Source of the DNA: Candidatus Omnitrophota bacterium
GTDB taxonomy: Bacteria > Omnitrophota > Gorgyraeia > Duberdicusellales > 4484-171
Direction: 5' to 3'
DNA length: 64,000 bases
Assembly (NCBI GenBank): GCA_037146775.1
Contig: JBAWWL010000003.1
Coordinates: 133,956-197,955, forward strand
Within the stretch, counting starts at the first letter, position 1; every line of letters starts with the position of its first letter. Made by a program: the position numbers and the translations under genes. This document shows, one piece after another, positions 17,811 to 26,674 of the stretch. The notes beneath the pieces are model-generated. The model saw only the letters and a list, made by a program, of their open reading frames with translations. It searched no databases and was not told where the DNA came from.

Positions 17811-19661
17811 ATGGATAATAAAGACGTACAGTTTATCATTACCAACACCCCGCCTTTTAATAAACTAAAACCGGAGGAGCTCGCCCAGTTTATTGCTCTT
17901 TCCGAAGTCAAAGCATATAGAAATGGGGATATTATTTATCATAACGGAGATGCCGGAGAATATTTTTATTTTCTGTTGGCCGGCCGGGTAGCTATTCTCA
18001 ATAGCGATTATAGCCGGGATGCGGAAATAGAAACTTTAAAACGCGGTACCTGCTTTGGTATTATCTCCCTTTTTAACGATGAACCGCATTCGGTAACCGC
18101 CAAATCTACCGGCATCTCGTGGGTTCTCTTAGTTAAAAAAGATGCTTTCAAGGAATTCTTGCATGCCCACGCGATGCTTTCTCTTGAATTTTACCGGATT
18201 CTTTCGCAGCGTATACGTACAAGAGCCAAACCAAAAAAAATATTTCAATGTAAGCGCATAGCCGTGTTTGGATTCCCTTTGTCGGGCAAGACCACCTATG
18301 TGGTTCATCTGGGGCGTGAACTTATTGAGCAAACCAAAAAAAAGGTTATCTGTGTAGAATTTTCCTTAGAAAATAATTTCAGCCTTCCCGAGGTGCTCGG
18401 CAAAGAAGCTAAGCCGCTTGAACTGGAGGCATTTAGCGAAGAGCAGATCGAAGAACATATTGTACATGACAGCGTTGATGGCCTTTTGGTAAAGATAGTC
18501 AACGGAAGCAATATTCTTTCTTTATTAAATTGCCTTTATGAGCGGTATCACTTTATTGTCTACGAAATTCCTTCTGTGTTGGGCGATATGTATCTTTACG
18601 ATATGGTTGAACCGTGTGATTATTTGCATATTCTTCTTTCCGGTCACAACGAAGAGTTTACCGCTTTAGCGCATACTATCGCGGCGTTAAAAGAAAAAAG
18701 CCCGATTAACCAAGAAAAGATAAAGATTATCGTGAATGAGTCAGCCACAAAAGACATGTCTTCGCAGGAAATGGTACGTTTACTTCGGCATCCTCTCTAT
18801 GCTACCTTGCCTGTTCTCGCCAGCGATGACTATATCAAGATGATGCGCCGCATTGCGCGTCAAACGGCAGAGGTGGTGGTAGGTTTGGCGCTTGGTTCCG
18901 GAGCAGCCTACGGATTATCCCATATCGGAGTATTAAAGGTCCTTGAAGCGCACGAGATCCCCATTGATATCATCTGTGGCTCCAGTATTGGTGCGGTCAT
19001 CGCGAGCCTGTGGGCATGCGGTTACGCCGTGAGTGACATTGAAGCGATATGTAAAGATTTTGCCAAGCGTGGTAATCTTTTTTCCTTCTCTGGTATATCA
19101 TTTCCGTTTCGAGGCTTCTTTCGGATAAAACGTTTGGAGAAGGTGCTCAGAGATATTTTTAAAGATAGAACTTTTTACGACGTGAAACGAACCTTAAAAA
19201 TAGTGGCATTTGATTTCTATAAAAGAGAAACACGTGTGCTTGAAGAAGGACTCCTGTATAAAGCGCTGGCAGCCAGCTGTGCGATGCCCGGGATTTTTGA
19301 ACCCGTGCGGTTTAAAGAAGACATACTTTTAGACGGAGGTATTTTGAACCCGCTTCCTACGAAAGTGCTTCTCGGCTATGGGGTCAACAAGATAATCGCG
19401 GTCAACATCACGCCTTCAAAAGAGGAAATCTTTAATACTTACAGGAAAAAAAATAGTTTACACATTCTTGATTTCATTTTTGGCAGCATCGAAACTATGC
19501 AGGGGGAATTTGTCCAGCAGGCAATAAGCGTTGCGGATGTGGTCATTCATCCAAAACTTAACGGTTTAGGCTGGATGGAGTTTGATAAGATAGGGCCATT
19601 TATCCAGCGGGGAGAGGAAGCAGCAAGAGAAAAATTACAAGATATGAAGCGCTTATGCTAA
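17811..19661 (+). CDS. Cyclic-nucleotide-binding domain / degenerate P-loop domain / patatin-like phospholipase (NTE-like architecture)
   Basis: It has an N-terminal cNMP-binding fold ('YRNGDIIYHNGDAGEYFYFLLAGRVAIL...GTCFGIISLF'), a middle 'FGFPLSGKTT' deviant Walker-A-like segment, and a C-terminal patatin domain ('GLALGSGAAYGLSHIGVL...CGSSIGAVIASL' with GxSxG). Confidence 0.8.
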   Translation: MDNKDVQFIITNTPPFNKLKPEELAQFIALSEVKAYRNGDIIYHNGDAGEYFYFLLAGRVAILNSDYSRDAEIETLKRGTCFGIISLFNDEPHSVTAKSTGISWVLLVKKDAFKEFLHAHAMLSLEFYRILSQRIRTRAKPKKIFQCKRIAVFGFPLSGKTTYVVHLGRELIEQTKKKVICVEFSLENNFSLPEVLGKEAKPLELEAFSEEQIEEHIVHDSVDGLLVKIVNGSNILSLLNCLYERYHFIVYEIPSVLGDMYLYDMVEPCDYLHILLSGHNEEFTALAHTIAALKEKSPINQEKIKIIVNESATKDMSSQEMVRLLRHPLYATLPVLASDDYIKMMRRIARQTAEVVVGLALGSGAAYGLSHIGVLKVLEAHEIPIDIICGSSIGAVIASLWACGYAVSDIEAICKDFAKRGNLFSFSGISFPFRGFFRIKRLEKVLRDIFKDRTFYDVKRTLKIVAFDFYKRETRVLEEGLLYKALAASCAMPGIFEPVRFKEDILLDGGILNPLPTKVLLGYGVNKIIAVNITPSKEEIFNTYRKKNSLHILDFIFGSIETMQGEFVQQAISVADVVIHPKLNGLGWMEFDKIGPFIQRGEEAAREKLQDMKRLC

Positions 19662-19686
19662 TATGCCGGCGTCTTGTGGCAGAATA

Positions 19687-20712
19687 TTACTCGATTACCA
19701 GCAAAGAATTTTTTCCGCCAAAATGATCGTCTTCTTCAAGCTTGTTGTGGGGATCGGAAATCCACGAATCTCCTGCCAGAAACTTATAGCGATATTTACC
19801 TTTTTCGGATAGCGGTATATTGATGGTCCAAATATCGTTTCCGACCTTCTTTAATTTATACTGTTCTTCTTTTTTCCAGTTGTTAAAATCGCCGATGGCA
19901 TACACTTCGTTAAACTGCTCGCCTTTTAAGAAAAGCGGTTTCCAGGTTGTTTGGGAAGTGATCCGTTCTAATTCCGTCGCCAGCGCCAAGAAATCTTCAG
20001 CGCCTCGGGAATCGGGCATATATTCGAAAATTGTCTTTCCGGCCGAAGAGGCTTCTTTAAGATGTACGTTGGTACGTATACTGCTTTCCAGAACCAAACT
20101 TCCCAGCTGTTTTTTTACCTTCTCCGTGAATTCTAAAGAGAACCGGTAACGTTTATCCAGTTGATTGAGCAAATAGAACGAAACAGGAGCTTTGCCTTTG
20201 AACTCTTTGAGCATAATAATAATATCCTTCAATATTTCAACCCCGCGCAGAGAGAAGTCGCACATATTTAAGGGAATGATTGAATACGCGCTTGCTTCGA
20301 GTGCGTTGAGTGTAAGAACTCCCAAGTTAGGAGGGCAGTCTAGTACGCAATAATCAAAATTCGCCGATATGGTTTGCAGGAAAGAGGATAGAATGCTGAA
20401 CCGGTCTTCCCGCTGAGAAACTTTATATTCTAAAGACGCCAAGCCGATACGTGAAGGTATAAAGTAGAAATTGTCTGCGATTGACACATAAAGATTATCC
20501 TGCGGCAGCGCTTCTTCCAGGTACATCTTCTCTAGGATATCAGTGATGGTAGTGGTATTGTCTTTTCTTAAGGCGAACGTAGCGTGTGCCTGGGGATCCA
20601 TGTCTATCAAAAGCACCTTAAAACCTTTCTTGCTTAAGGCAGCTGAAAGGTTAACCGCCGTTATCGTTTTTCCGCAACCGCCTTTTTGATTAACCACAGA
20701 AATGATTTTCAT
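19687..20712 (-). CDS. ParA/MinD-family ATPase fused to a C-terminal CBM48/AMPK-beta-type glycogen-binding domain
   Basis: It has a deviant Walker A 'NQKGGCGKTITAVNLSAAL...LLIDMDPQ'. The C-terminal approximately 85 aa ('VYAIGDFNNWKKEE...GKYRYKFLAGDSWISDPHN') matches the CBM48/AMPK-beta GBD consensus (FNNW...YKF..DG.W..DP). Confidence 0.8.
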   Translation of the reverse strand: MKIISVVNQKGGCGKTITAVNLSAALSKKGFKVLLIDMDPQAHATFALRKDNTTTITDILEKMYLEEALPQDNLYVSIADNFYFIPSRIGLASLEYKVSQREDRFSILSSFLQTISANFDYCVLDCPPNLGVLTLNALEASAYSIIPLNMCDFSLRGVEILKDIIIMLKEFKGKAPVSFYLLNQLDKRYRFSLEFTEKVKKQLGSLVLESSIRTNVHLKEASSAGKTIFEYMPDSRGAEDFLALATELERITSQTTWKPLFLKGEQFNEVYAIGDFNNWKKEEQYKLKKVGNDIWTINIPLSEKGKYRYKFLAGDSWISDPHNKLEEDDHFGGKNSLLVIE

Positions 20713-20726
20713 CTATTCTACCCTCC

Positions 20727-21425
20727 TTAATTCATCGTTATATCTTTGATCAATACCCACTGTGTTTTATCGGTGGCTGTCGGATAAAAAGAAAACGTAA
20801 TCTGATTTATGCGATATAGATTGGCGTTTTGCACCCCAGCGCTTTTAAGGTCGACGGGCACCTTTACGTAAGAAACTGTTTCGTCCGTAATTTCGCTCGT
20901 GGCGGGATGCAAAGAATTAGAAAAGAAATTACTGTCGCGTACTGTTACTGCCATCGTAAGCGGCGTTGATGATTTTTGCAGATGAACCATTAGCGTCCCG
21001 GACGCAAGGTCGATTGGTTTCTTCAGCGTTATGATAAACGTTGTCGAATTGCGCGGTGTAATGGTAATATGTATAGCCGATGAGCCTTTTTTTATTTTCT
21101 GTGTATCGGAAGAATCAAGAGAAGAAAAGATTTCCCCGTGTAGCAACGAATTGGCATTGTTATCTATTATGGCTGTCTGGCGGGCGATGACCATGAATTC
21201 GTATTTCGTTAAAAAGAATATCAGCGTAGCGGTTAAGGCGAAAACCACCATTACTATCGAGAGAATAAGCAGATTTCTATGGTGGGGTTTCTTTTTTCTT
21301 TTTTTCTTGGGCGGAGAGAAAAAAGTATCTTTTAACCGCTGAGAATCGAGATAGCTGTATGATGCAAAAGGATTATCTCGTTTGTCCACAAAAAATATAT
21401 TAGCATTGAATTTTAGAAAAATCAA
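20727..21425 (-). CDS. Hypothetical membrane-anchored protein with poly-basic N-terminal tail; co-operonic with the ParA-CBM48 gene
   Basis: It has 'PPKKKRKKKPHHR' followed by a TM helix and an approximately 150-aa beta-rich extracytoplasmic domain. It lies 14 nt upstream of the ParA-like gene on the same strand. Confidence 0.5.
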   Translation of the reverse strand: MIFLKFNANIFFVDKRDNPFASYSYLDSQRLKDTFFSPPKKKRKKKPHHRNLLILSIVMVVFALTATLIFFLTKYEFMVIARQTAIIDNNANSLLHGEIFSSLDSSDTQKIKKGSSAIHITITPRNSTTFIITLKKPIDLASGTLMVHLQKSSTPLTMAVTVRDSNFFSNSLHPATSEITDETVSYVKVPVDLKSAGVQNANLYRINQITFSFYPTATDKTQWVLIKDITMN

Positions 21426-21491
21426 CTATATAATTTGAATCAAACGGCCATATATCTAAAAATATAGCCGTTTTAGGGCAATAGGATACGT

Positions 21492-22517
21492 ATGGCAAAA
21501 GAAGCTTCTTTTTATAGCAAAGAACCACACCAGTCAGTGCGTTGTTTTCTCTGCGCGCACCGCTGCTCTATTAAGAACGAATCTACCGGTATCTGCGGTG
21601 TACGTAAAAACCAAGAAGGTATCCTTTATGCTTTAAACTATGGCCAGGTTGTTGCCGCGCATATCGATCCGATCGAGAAAAAACCATTGTTTCATTTCTT
21701 TCCCGGCACAACGTCTTATTCGCTCGCCTGTGTGGGGTGTAATTTTAAGTGTTCTTTCTGTCAAAATTGGCAGATTTCTCAAACCGCCTTCTCCCGTGCC
21801 GTCGGTGTCGACGGTTTTGGAGTAACGCCCGATAAAATTGTGCAGGAGGCCAAGCTCCATAACTGTCCCAGCATTTCGTATACGTATACCGAACCAACGA
21901 TATACTTCGAATTTGCCTATGATTGTGCGAAACAAGCCAAAGAAAACGGGCTCTATAACGTTTTTGTTACCAATGGATATATGAGCAAAGAGGCACTTGT
22001 CTCCATTAGCCCGTATCTTGACGCGGCTAACGTAGATTTAAAATCATTCCGGCAAGATTTTTATCACACTTTTTGTAAAGCTTCTTTGCAACCGGTTTTA
22101 GAGAGTATTGCTCTTATGCATAGCCTAAATATTTGGCTGGAGATAACCACGCTCATTATTCCCGGCGCAAACGACAGTGAAGATCAATTGCGGGATATTG
22201 CCCGTTTCTTATGTTCGATTGATGCGTCTATTCCCTGGCACCTAAGCGCGTTTCATCCTGACTATAAGCTTACCGATGTTTGTTCTACACCAGCTAAAAC
22301 GCTTGAGAAGGCTTATGGCATCGGGAAAGACGAAGGTTTGAAATATGTATATATGGGCAATATCTATACGCCGCGCGGAGAAAATACGTATTGCCCTTCC
22401 TGTAAACAGCTTTTGATTGAGCGTGAAGGGTTTTTGGTGAAACAGCAGAAAATAAAAGAAGGCACTTGTCCGTATTGCGGGATACGCATAGAGGGTTTAG
22501 GTCCCCCTTTTCGATAG
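21492..22517 (+). CDS. amrS: AmmeMemoRadiSam-system radical SAM enzyme (PFL-activase-like)
   Basis: It has an N-terminal Cys cluster 'CFLCAHRCSI', a radical SAM motif 'CVGCNFKCSFCQNW', and a C-terminal 'CPSC...CPYCG'. Confidence 0.7.
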   Translation: MAKEASFYSKEPHQSVRCFLCAHRCSIKNESTGICGVRKNQEGILYALNYGQVVAAHIDPIEKKPLFHFFPGTTSYSLACVGCNFKCSFCQNWQISQTAFSRAVGVDGFGVTPDKIVQEAKLHNCPSISYTYTEPTIYFEFAYDCAKQAKENGLYNVFVTNGYMSKEALVSISPYLDAANVDLKSFRQDFYHTFCKASLQPVLESIALMHSLNIWLEITTLIIPGANDSEDQLRDIARFLCSIDASIPWHLSAFHPDYKLTDVCSTPAKTLEKAYGIGKDEGLKYVYMGNIYTPRGENTYCPSCKQLLIEREGFLVKQQKIKEGTCPYCGIRIEGLGPPFR

Positions 22518-22543
22518 TAAACTAAATTAACTCAATAAGCTCA

Positions 22544-22954
22544 ATGAAATTATCCAGCATATTATATAGATGTGTTTTATTTCTCTTTTTTGCGGGGATT
22601 ATTTTTATTCTGTTTTTTTACTATACCGCGATATACAGGCTGCCTCTGAAAAAAAGAAAGATTATTCTTGGAGGAAAAGAGTTTATAGTTTTTGTTGCGC
22701 AGACTGAAACAGAGCGGGAGAAGGGGTTGCAGCGCATTATTTGGATGCCTAAAAATATGGGAATGCTTTTTTTATTCCCCCGGGCGGATAGGTATTGTTT
22801 CTGGAATAAAAATACTCATATACCGCTAAAGCTTATCTTTCGGCGCAAAGAAAAAGTTGTACAAGAATCATTTCTGCCGCCCATATCCAAAGGGGCAATA
22901 ACCGTATGCCCGCAAGAGCCGGTTGATTCGGTTATTGAGGTGGGTGTTAACTGA
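22544..22954 (+). CDS. DUF192 (COG1430) family protein
   Basis: It has an N-terminal TM and 'GLQRIIWMPKNMGMLFLFP...YCFWNKNTHIPLKLIF', typical of DUF192. Confidence 0.65.
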   Translation: MKLSSILYRCVLFLFFAGIIFILFFYYTAIYRLPLKKRKIILGGKEFIVFVAQTETEREKGLQRIIWMPKNMGMLFLFPRADRYCFWNKNTHIPLKLIFRRKEKVVQESFLPPISKGAITVCPQEPVDSVIEVGVN

Positions 22955-22975
22955 AGACATGGGGAGTGAGTTACG

Positions 22976-23479
22976 ATGAAACACACATTTTTTAAAGGAA
23001 GATTGCTCAATGTTTCAGTGAAAAAAGTAACATTGCCTAACGGATATGTGGTGCCCTTGGAAGTAGTGAAACATCCGGGGGCGGTATTGGTAATTCCGTT
23101 TCTGACGCAAAGAAAAGTAATTATTTTAAAACAACTGCGGCCGGTAGTAAAAAAGTACTTGTATGAGTTGCCTGCGGGAACCCTGGAAAAAGGGGAGCAG
23201 CCGATGCGTTGTGCCCGGCGGGAAATTATCGAAGAGACCGGTTATAGTGCGGGGGCTTTAACGCGGTTGGGGGTTATTTTTCCGGTTCCCGGCTATTCCA
23301 CAGAAAAGATCGTTATTTACAAAGCAGAGCACTTACGTAAAGTAACGCAGCAACATCAGGCAGACGAAGTTATCCAGGTCCAGACGATTACTAAATCACG
23401 CCTGAAATATCTTTTTAGCCACGGCAAAATAGTAGATGCCAAAACAATTTGCGCTTTTGCGTTGTGTGGTTGGCTATGA
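22976..23479 (+). CDS. NUDIX hydrolase (ADP-ribose pyrophosphatase-like)
   Basis: It has the Nudix box 'GTLEKGEQPMRCARREIIEETGY'. Confidence 0.8.
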   Translation: MKHTFFKGRLLNVSVKKVTLPNGYVVPLEVVKHPGAVLVIPFLTQRKVIILKQLRPVVKKYLYELPAGTLEKGEQPMRCARREIIEETGYSAGALTRLGVIFPVPGYSTEKIVIYKAEHLRKVTQQHQADEVIQVQTITKSRLKYLFSHGKIVDAKTICAFALCGWL

Positions 23480-23637
23480 CGTTGATGTGTATTTTATGGC
23501 GACAGTTTTTTTAGAATATGTTACAAGCGTCCAGGTTGGCAAATAAAAAGATTGATTATCTTTTTGTTTATTAGATAATAAAAAGATTAAATCTCGCAAT
23601 TTTAAAGTGGTACACATATTATGTACGTGGAGAAAAA

Positions 23638-25290
23638 ATGACAAATAAAAAGATATCTTTGCAACACGTAGCAATTTTGCTCATCTGTTCTTACGCATTA
23701 TTTGTACTGGGTAACGGTATCTTGGGCTTGACTAATGATAACGAAGTTTTTTATGCCCAAACCGCGAAAGAAATGATTCAGCAGAAAAGCTGGGCGACTC
23801 CCTATCTTTTTGGCCAGCCGCAGTTCGAAAAGCCGATTTTTACCTATTGGTTGCTACGAATTGGATTTTATCTCTTTGGAGTTTCTAGTTTTGGCGCGAG
23901 ATTCTTTCCTGCGCTGTTTGCTATTATTGGAGTCATAGCGGTTTATTTCTTAGGCTTGATCGGTTTTAAAGATGAGAAGAAAGCATTTCTCTCCGGTTTG
24001 ATCCTGATGTCTTCGGCTATGTATATTGGTTTGGGGAAAACGGTTTTTACCGACATGTTTTTCTCGGTGTTGATACTTTTGGCCTTGTTATTTTTCTTTT
24101 GGGGTTATAGCGATCAGCGCAAGAAAATGCTTGGGTTTATCTCTTTCGCCGTTTTTTCCGGCCTGGCGGTATTAACAAAAGGCCCCTTAGGGCTGATTAT
24201 CCCCGTGATTACGGTCGGTCTATTTCTATTATGCAAAAAAGATATTAAATTCTTGTTTTGCAAACATTTTATATTGAGTTTTTTTGTTTTCTTTTTGGTT
24301 GCCGGACCGTGGTATCTCTTGATGATTGCCAAATACGGAAATAATTTCATCCAAGAATTTATTTACAACGTCAATACCCGCAGGCTGGTTGAGGCGCAGC
24401 ATGTTTCCAACGATACCTGGTATTTTTATCCCCTTACTGTCATTACCAGCATGTTTCCCTGGAGTTTGTTTATCGCGGCCGCATTATTTTTTCTTCCTCG
24501 TTCTACCGTAAGAAAAGATAATCCTTTCTATCTTTTTTTAACCTGCTGGGCCGGGACTATTTTTTTGCTTTTTCAGCTTGCGCACTCCAAAGTCGCTAAC
24601 TACATTTTCCCTATATTTCCGGCCGTTGCCATACTTGTAGGCGGTTTTATCGTCGATATGTTAGCCGACAACAAACATAGGCGTTTACTCTTGTTTCTTT
24701 GCGGTGGTACATTATTTGTGATTCTACTTTTTCCGATAGGCTTTACGGTCAGTTTTAATATCTTCAAGGCATATATCGTATATAAATTGCCGGTTTACTC
24801 CTTAATTGTCGGGTTTGTCATATTAAGCGCGCTCATGCTTTTTTTCATGATCCGTAAGCGCATGCAAAACTTGGTATACGCTTTGGTGGCGGTTATGCCG
24901 ATTTTTTTAATTAATTTACCGCTGTTACATAAAAACTTCGAGGCCTATGTGTCTTCCAGGGCGGCTTGCGAATATTTACTCAAAAACTATCAAGTGGATA
25001 ACACTATTCTTTGTTCTAAGTTCTTTGTGCGCGGTATAAAATATTATACCGATAAAGATGTAGTTATAATTAATATCGGAGGAAAACCTTTTTTCAGTCG
25101 GCACGCGCTGCGTGCGTTAGATTCCCGGGAAAAAGTAAAGGATTTTTTATATACACAAGGCGTTACTTACTGCATCCTCAGTAAATCTTCCCTAAAAACC
25201 ATCAAGGATATCATTCCCGAAAAAAACATTACCGTACTCACACTTGCCGGAAATGAATACGTGGTGAAGGTAGAACTGCCTCGCAGCTAA
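23638..25290 (+). CDS. GT-C glycosyltransferase, ArnT/PMT family (GT83/GT39-like)
   Basis: It has about 12 TM helices, an early 'DNEVFYAQTAKEM' (DE-type) loop motif, and a C-terminal soluble domain. It is 550 aa. Confidence 0.8.
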   Translation: MTNKKISLQHVAILLICSYALFVLGNGILGLTNDNEVFYAQTAKEMIQQKSWATPYLFGQPQFEKPIFTYWLLRIGFYLFGVSSFGARFFPALFAIIGVIAVYFLGLIGFKDEKKAFLSGLILMSSAMYIGLGKTVFTDMFFSVLILLALLFFFWGYSDQRKKMLGFISFAVFSGLAVLTKGPLGLIIPVITVGLFLLCKKDIKFLFCKHFILSFFVFFLVAGPWYLLMIAKYGNNFIQEFIYNVNTRRLVEAQHVSNDTWYFYPLTVITSMFPWSLFIAAALFFLPRSTVRKDNPFYLFLTCWAGTIFLLFQLAHSKVANYIFPIFPAVAILVGGFIVDMLADNKHRRLLLFLCGGTLFVILLFPIGFTVSFNIFKAYIVYKLPVYSLIVGFVILSALMLFFMIRKRMQNLVYALVAVMPIFLINLPLLHKNFEAYVSSRAACEYLLKNYQVDNTILCSKFFVRGIKYYTDKDVVIINIGGKPFFSRHALRALDSREKVKDFLYTQGVTYCILSKSSLKTIKDIIPEKNITVLTLAGNEYVVKVELPRS

Positions 25291-25420
25291 GCCCAGCTCC
25301 GCTTTCCATGAGAATGGTCACGCCTTGTGGCTACAGCTACTCGCTGCGTTTCCGCTTTTGGTGAGCCTCGTCTTCGGCGGGAAACTTTGTCGAAGCGGGC
25401 GAACCCCCCTTTTACTTATT

Positions 25421-25565
25421 AAACCCGAAACACTAAACCCTAAATCCTAAATAAACTCAAAACGAAAAAATAAAAATTCAAAACGATACTATTTTGAGTT
25501 TGAAATATTTAAGTTTTTGGTTGTTTGTTTGTTTAGGATTTAGGGTTTGAGGTTTAGAGTTTATG
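25421..25565. repeat. Long AT-rich inverted repeat (about 60-nt arms) between convergent genes; bidirectional terminator-like
   Basis: 'aaaccctaaatcctaaataaactcaaaa' ... 'ttttgagttt...tttaggatttagggttt'. The arms are exact reverse complements over 17 nt or more. It is preceded by a short GC-rich segment at 25291-25400. Confidence 0.6.
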
Positions 25566-25638
25566 GTAAGAAGTTACTATTACATCTAGGCCAACGCGGG
25601 TATCGTTTTTGCTGTCACCAAAGAAGATTTTATTATGT

Positions 25639-26400
25639 TTAGATGCTTATTTTTGAAGCGAAGACAAGCCAGCCGGTGTGGCAGGGCATGTGCTGCTCGG
25701 GCCGGGTTTTCCCTCGGCGTACCAGGATTTTGCGTAGCAGTACTTCCATACTTTCGATATTCGTAAAACCTTTCTCTTCCAAAGTAAACACCATTCTGGT
25801 GAGTTGTTCAAAGGTAGGACAAATTGTCGCTAACCGCGCGCCGCCTTTCAGTGATTTATAAGCCGCATCTATCAAATCCCAGGGGCTGCCGATATCGATC
25901 ATAATAAAATCCACTTCTTTTTCGTCGTATGTATCAACTACTTCACGTAGCTTAAACTCCACCCACTCGCTTAAGCCGTATTTTTCCAGGTTTTTTTTCG
26001 CGTTTTCCAGAAATTCTTCGTTACGTTCGTAGCTGTATACTTTTCCGTTCGGTCGGACAAAATTAGCCAACGCCGTAGTTAATGCACCGCTGCCACCGCC
26101 CGACTCGATCACGGTTGCGCCGGGGAAAATATTAGCCCGGGATAATATCTCACCGATATCTTTGGGATAGAGAATCTGGGTTTTCCTTTTTATCTTCATT
26201 ACCATCTCATAGAGGTTTGGTCTCAAGATATAGAACTTTTCTCCCAGATTTGTTTCAATGCTCTGGCCAAACTCTTTGCCGACGACACTTTTAAGTTCCA
26301 TATAGCCCAGATCGGTATGTAGCCTGCCGCCCTGCGCTTTGATAAGGAAATTACGTCGTTCGTCTTTGTAAAGATAAAGTAAATCGCCTTCCTGAATCAT
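25639..26400 (-). CDS. trmI: tRNA (adenine58-N1)-methyltransferase TrmI (Gcd14 family)
   Basis: It has the SAM motif 'VIESGGGSGALTTALA' and 'FIMIDIGSPWD'. It is 253 aa. Confidence 0.8.
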   Translation of the reverse strand: MIQEGDLLYLYKDERRNFLIKAQGGRLHTDLGYMELKSVVGKEFGQSIETNLGEKFYILRPNLYEMVMKIKRKTQILYPKDIGEILSRANIFPGATVIESGGGSGALTTALANFVRPNGKVYSYERNEEFLENAKKNLEKYGLSEWVEFKLREVVDTYDEKEVDFIMIDIGSPWDLIDAAYKSLKGGARLATICPTFEQLTRMVFTLEEKGFTNIESMEVLLRKILVRRGKTRPEQHMPCHTGWLVFASKISI

Positions 26401-26674
26401 AGTGTATTATCATACAGGCTCGTATTGTTTTTTGCAAGGGTAATTCATGTCTTGAGTTACAATAAAAATATGTCTGTATTATATATATTAAGCAAGAATA
26501 TTTCAGCGAAAAAATATTCCGATATTATCTCAAAAGACCCTTGCAAGATAAAGAGTTTTGTAATAAACTTGCTTACACAGATGGCCACAGATTGATGTCA
26601 CAGATTATCTCAGATGTTTACCGGTGATCATCCGTAGTTCTTATTTGTGATTATCTGTGTTAAAATTAAATACA

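Noticed and set aside
17811-19661. cNMP-patatin protein as a CBASS CapV-type defence effector
   Set aside because: There is no CD-NTase or cyclase, SAVED domain or other defence gene nearby. The cNMP-binding plus patatin arrangement is a housekeeping NTE-like architecture rather than a CBASS module.
25421-25565. CCCTAAA / TTTAGGG telomere-like motifs in the big palindrome
   Set aside because: There are only two or three copies inside an AT-rich inverted repeat on a bacterial chromosome. This is almost certainly coincidental.
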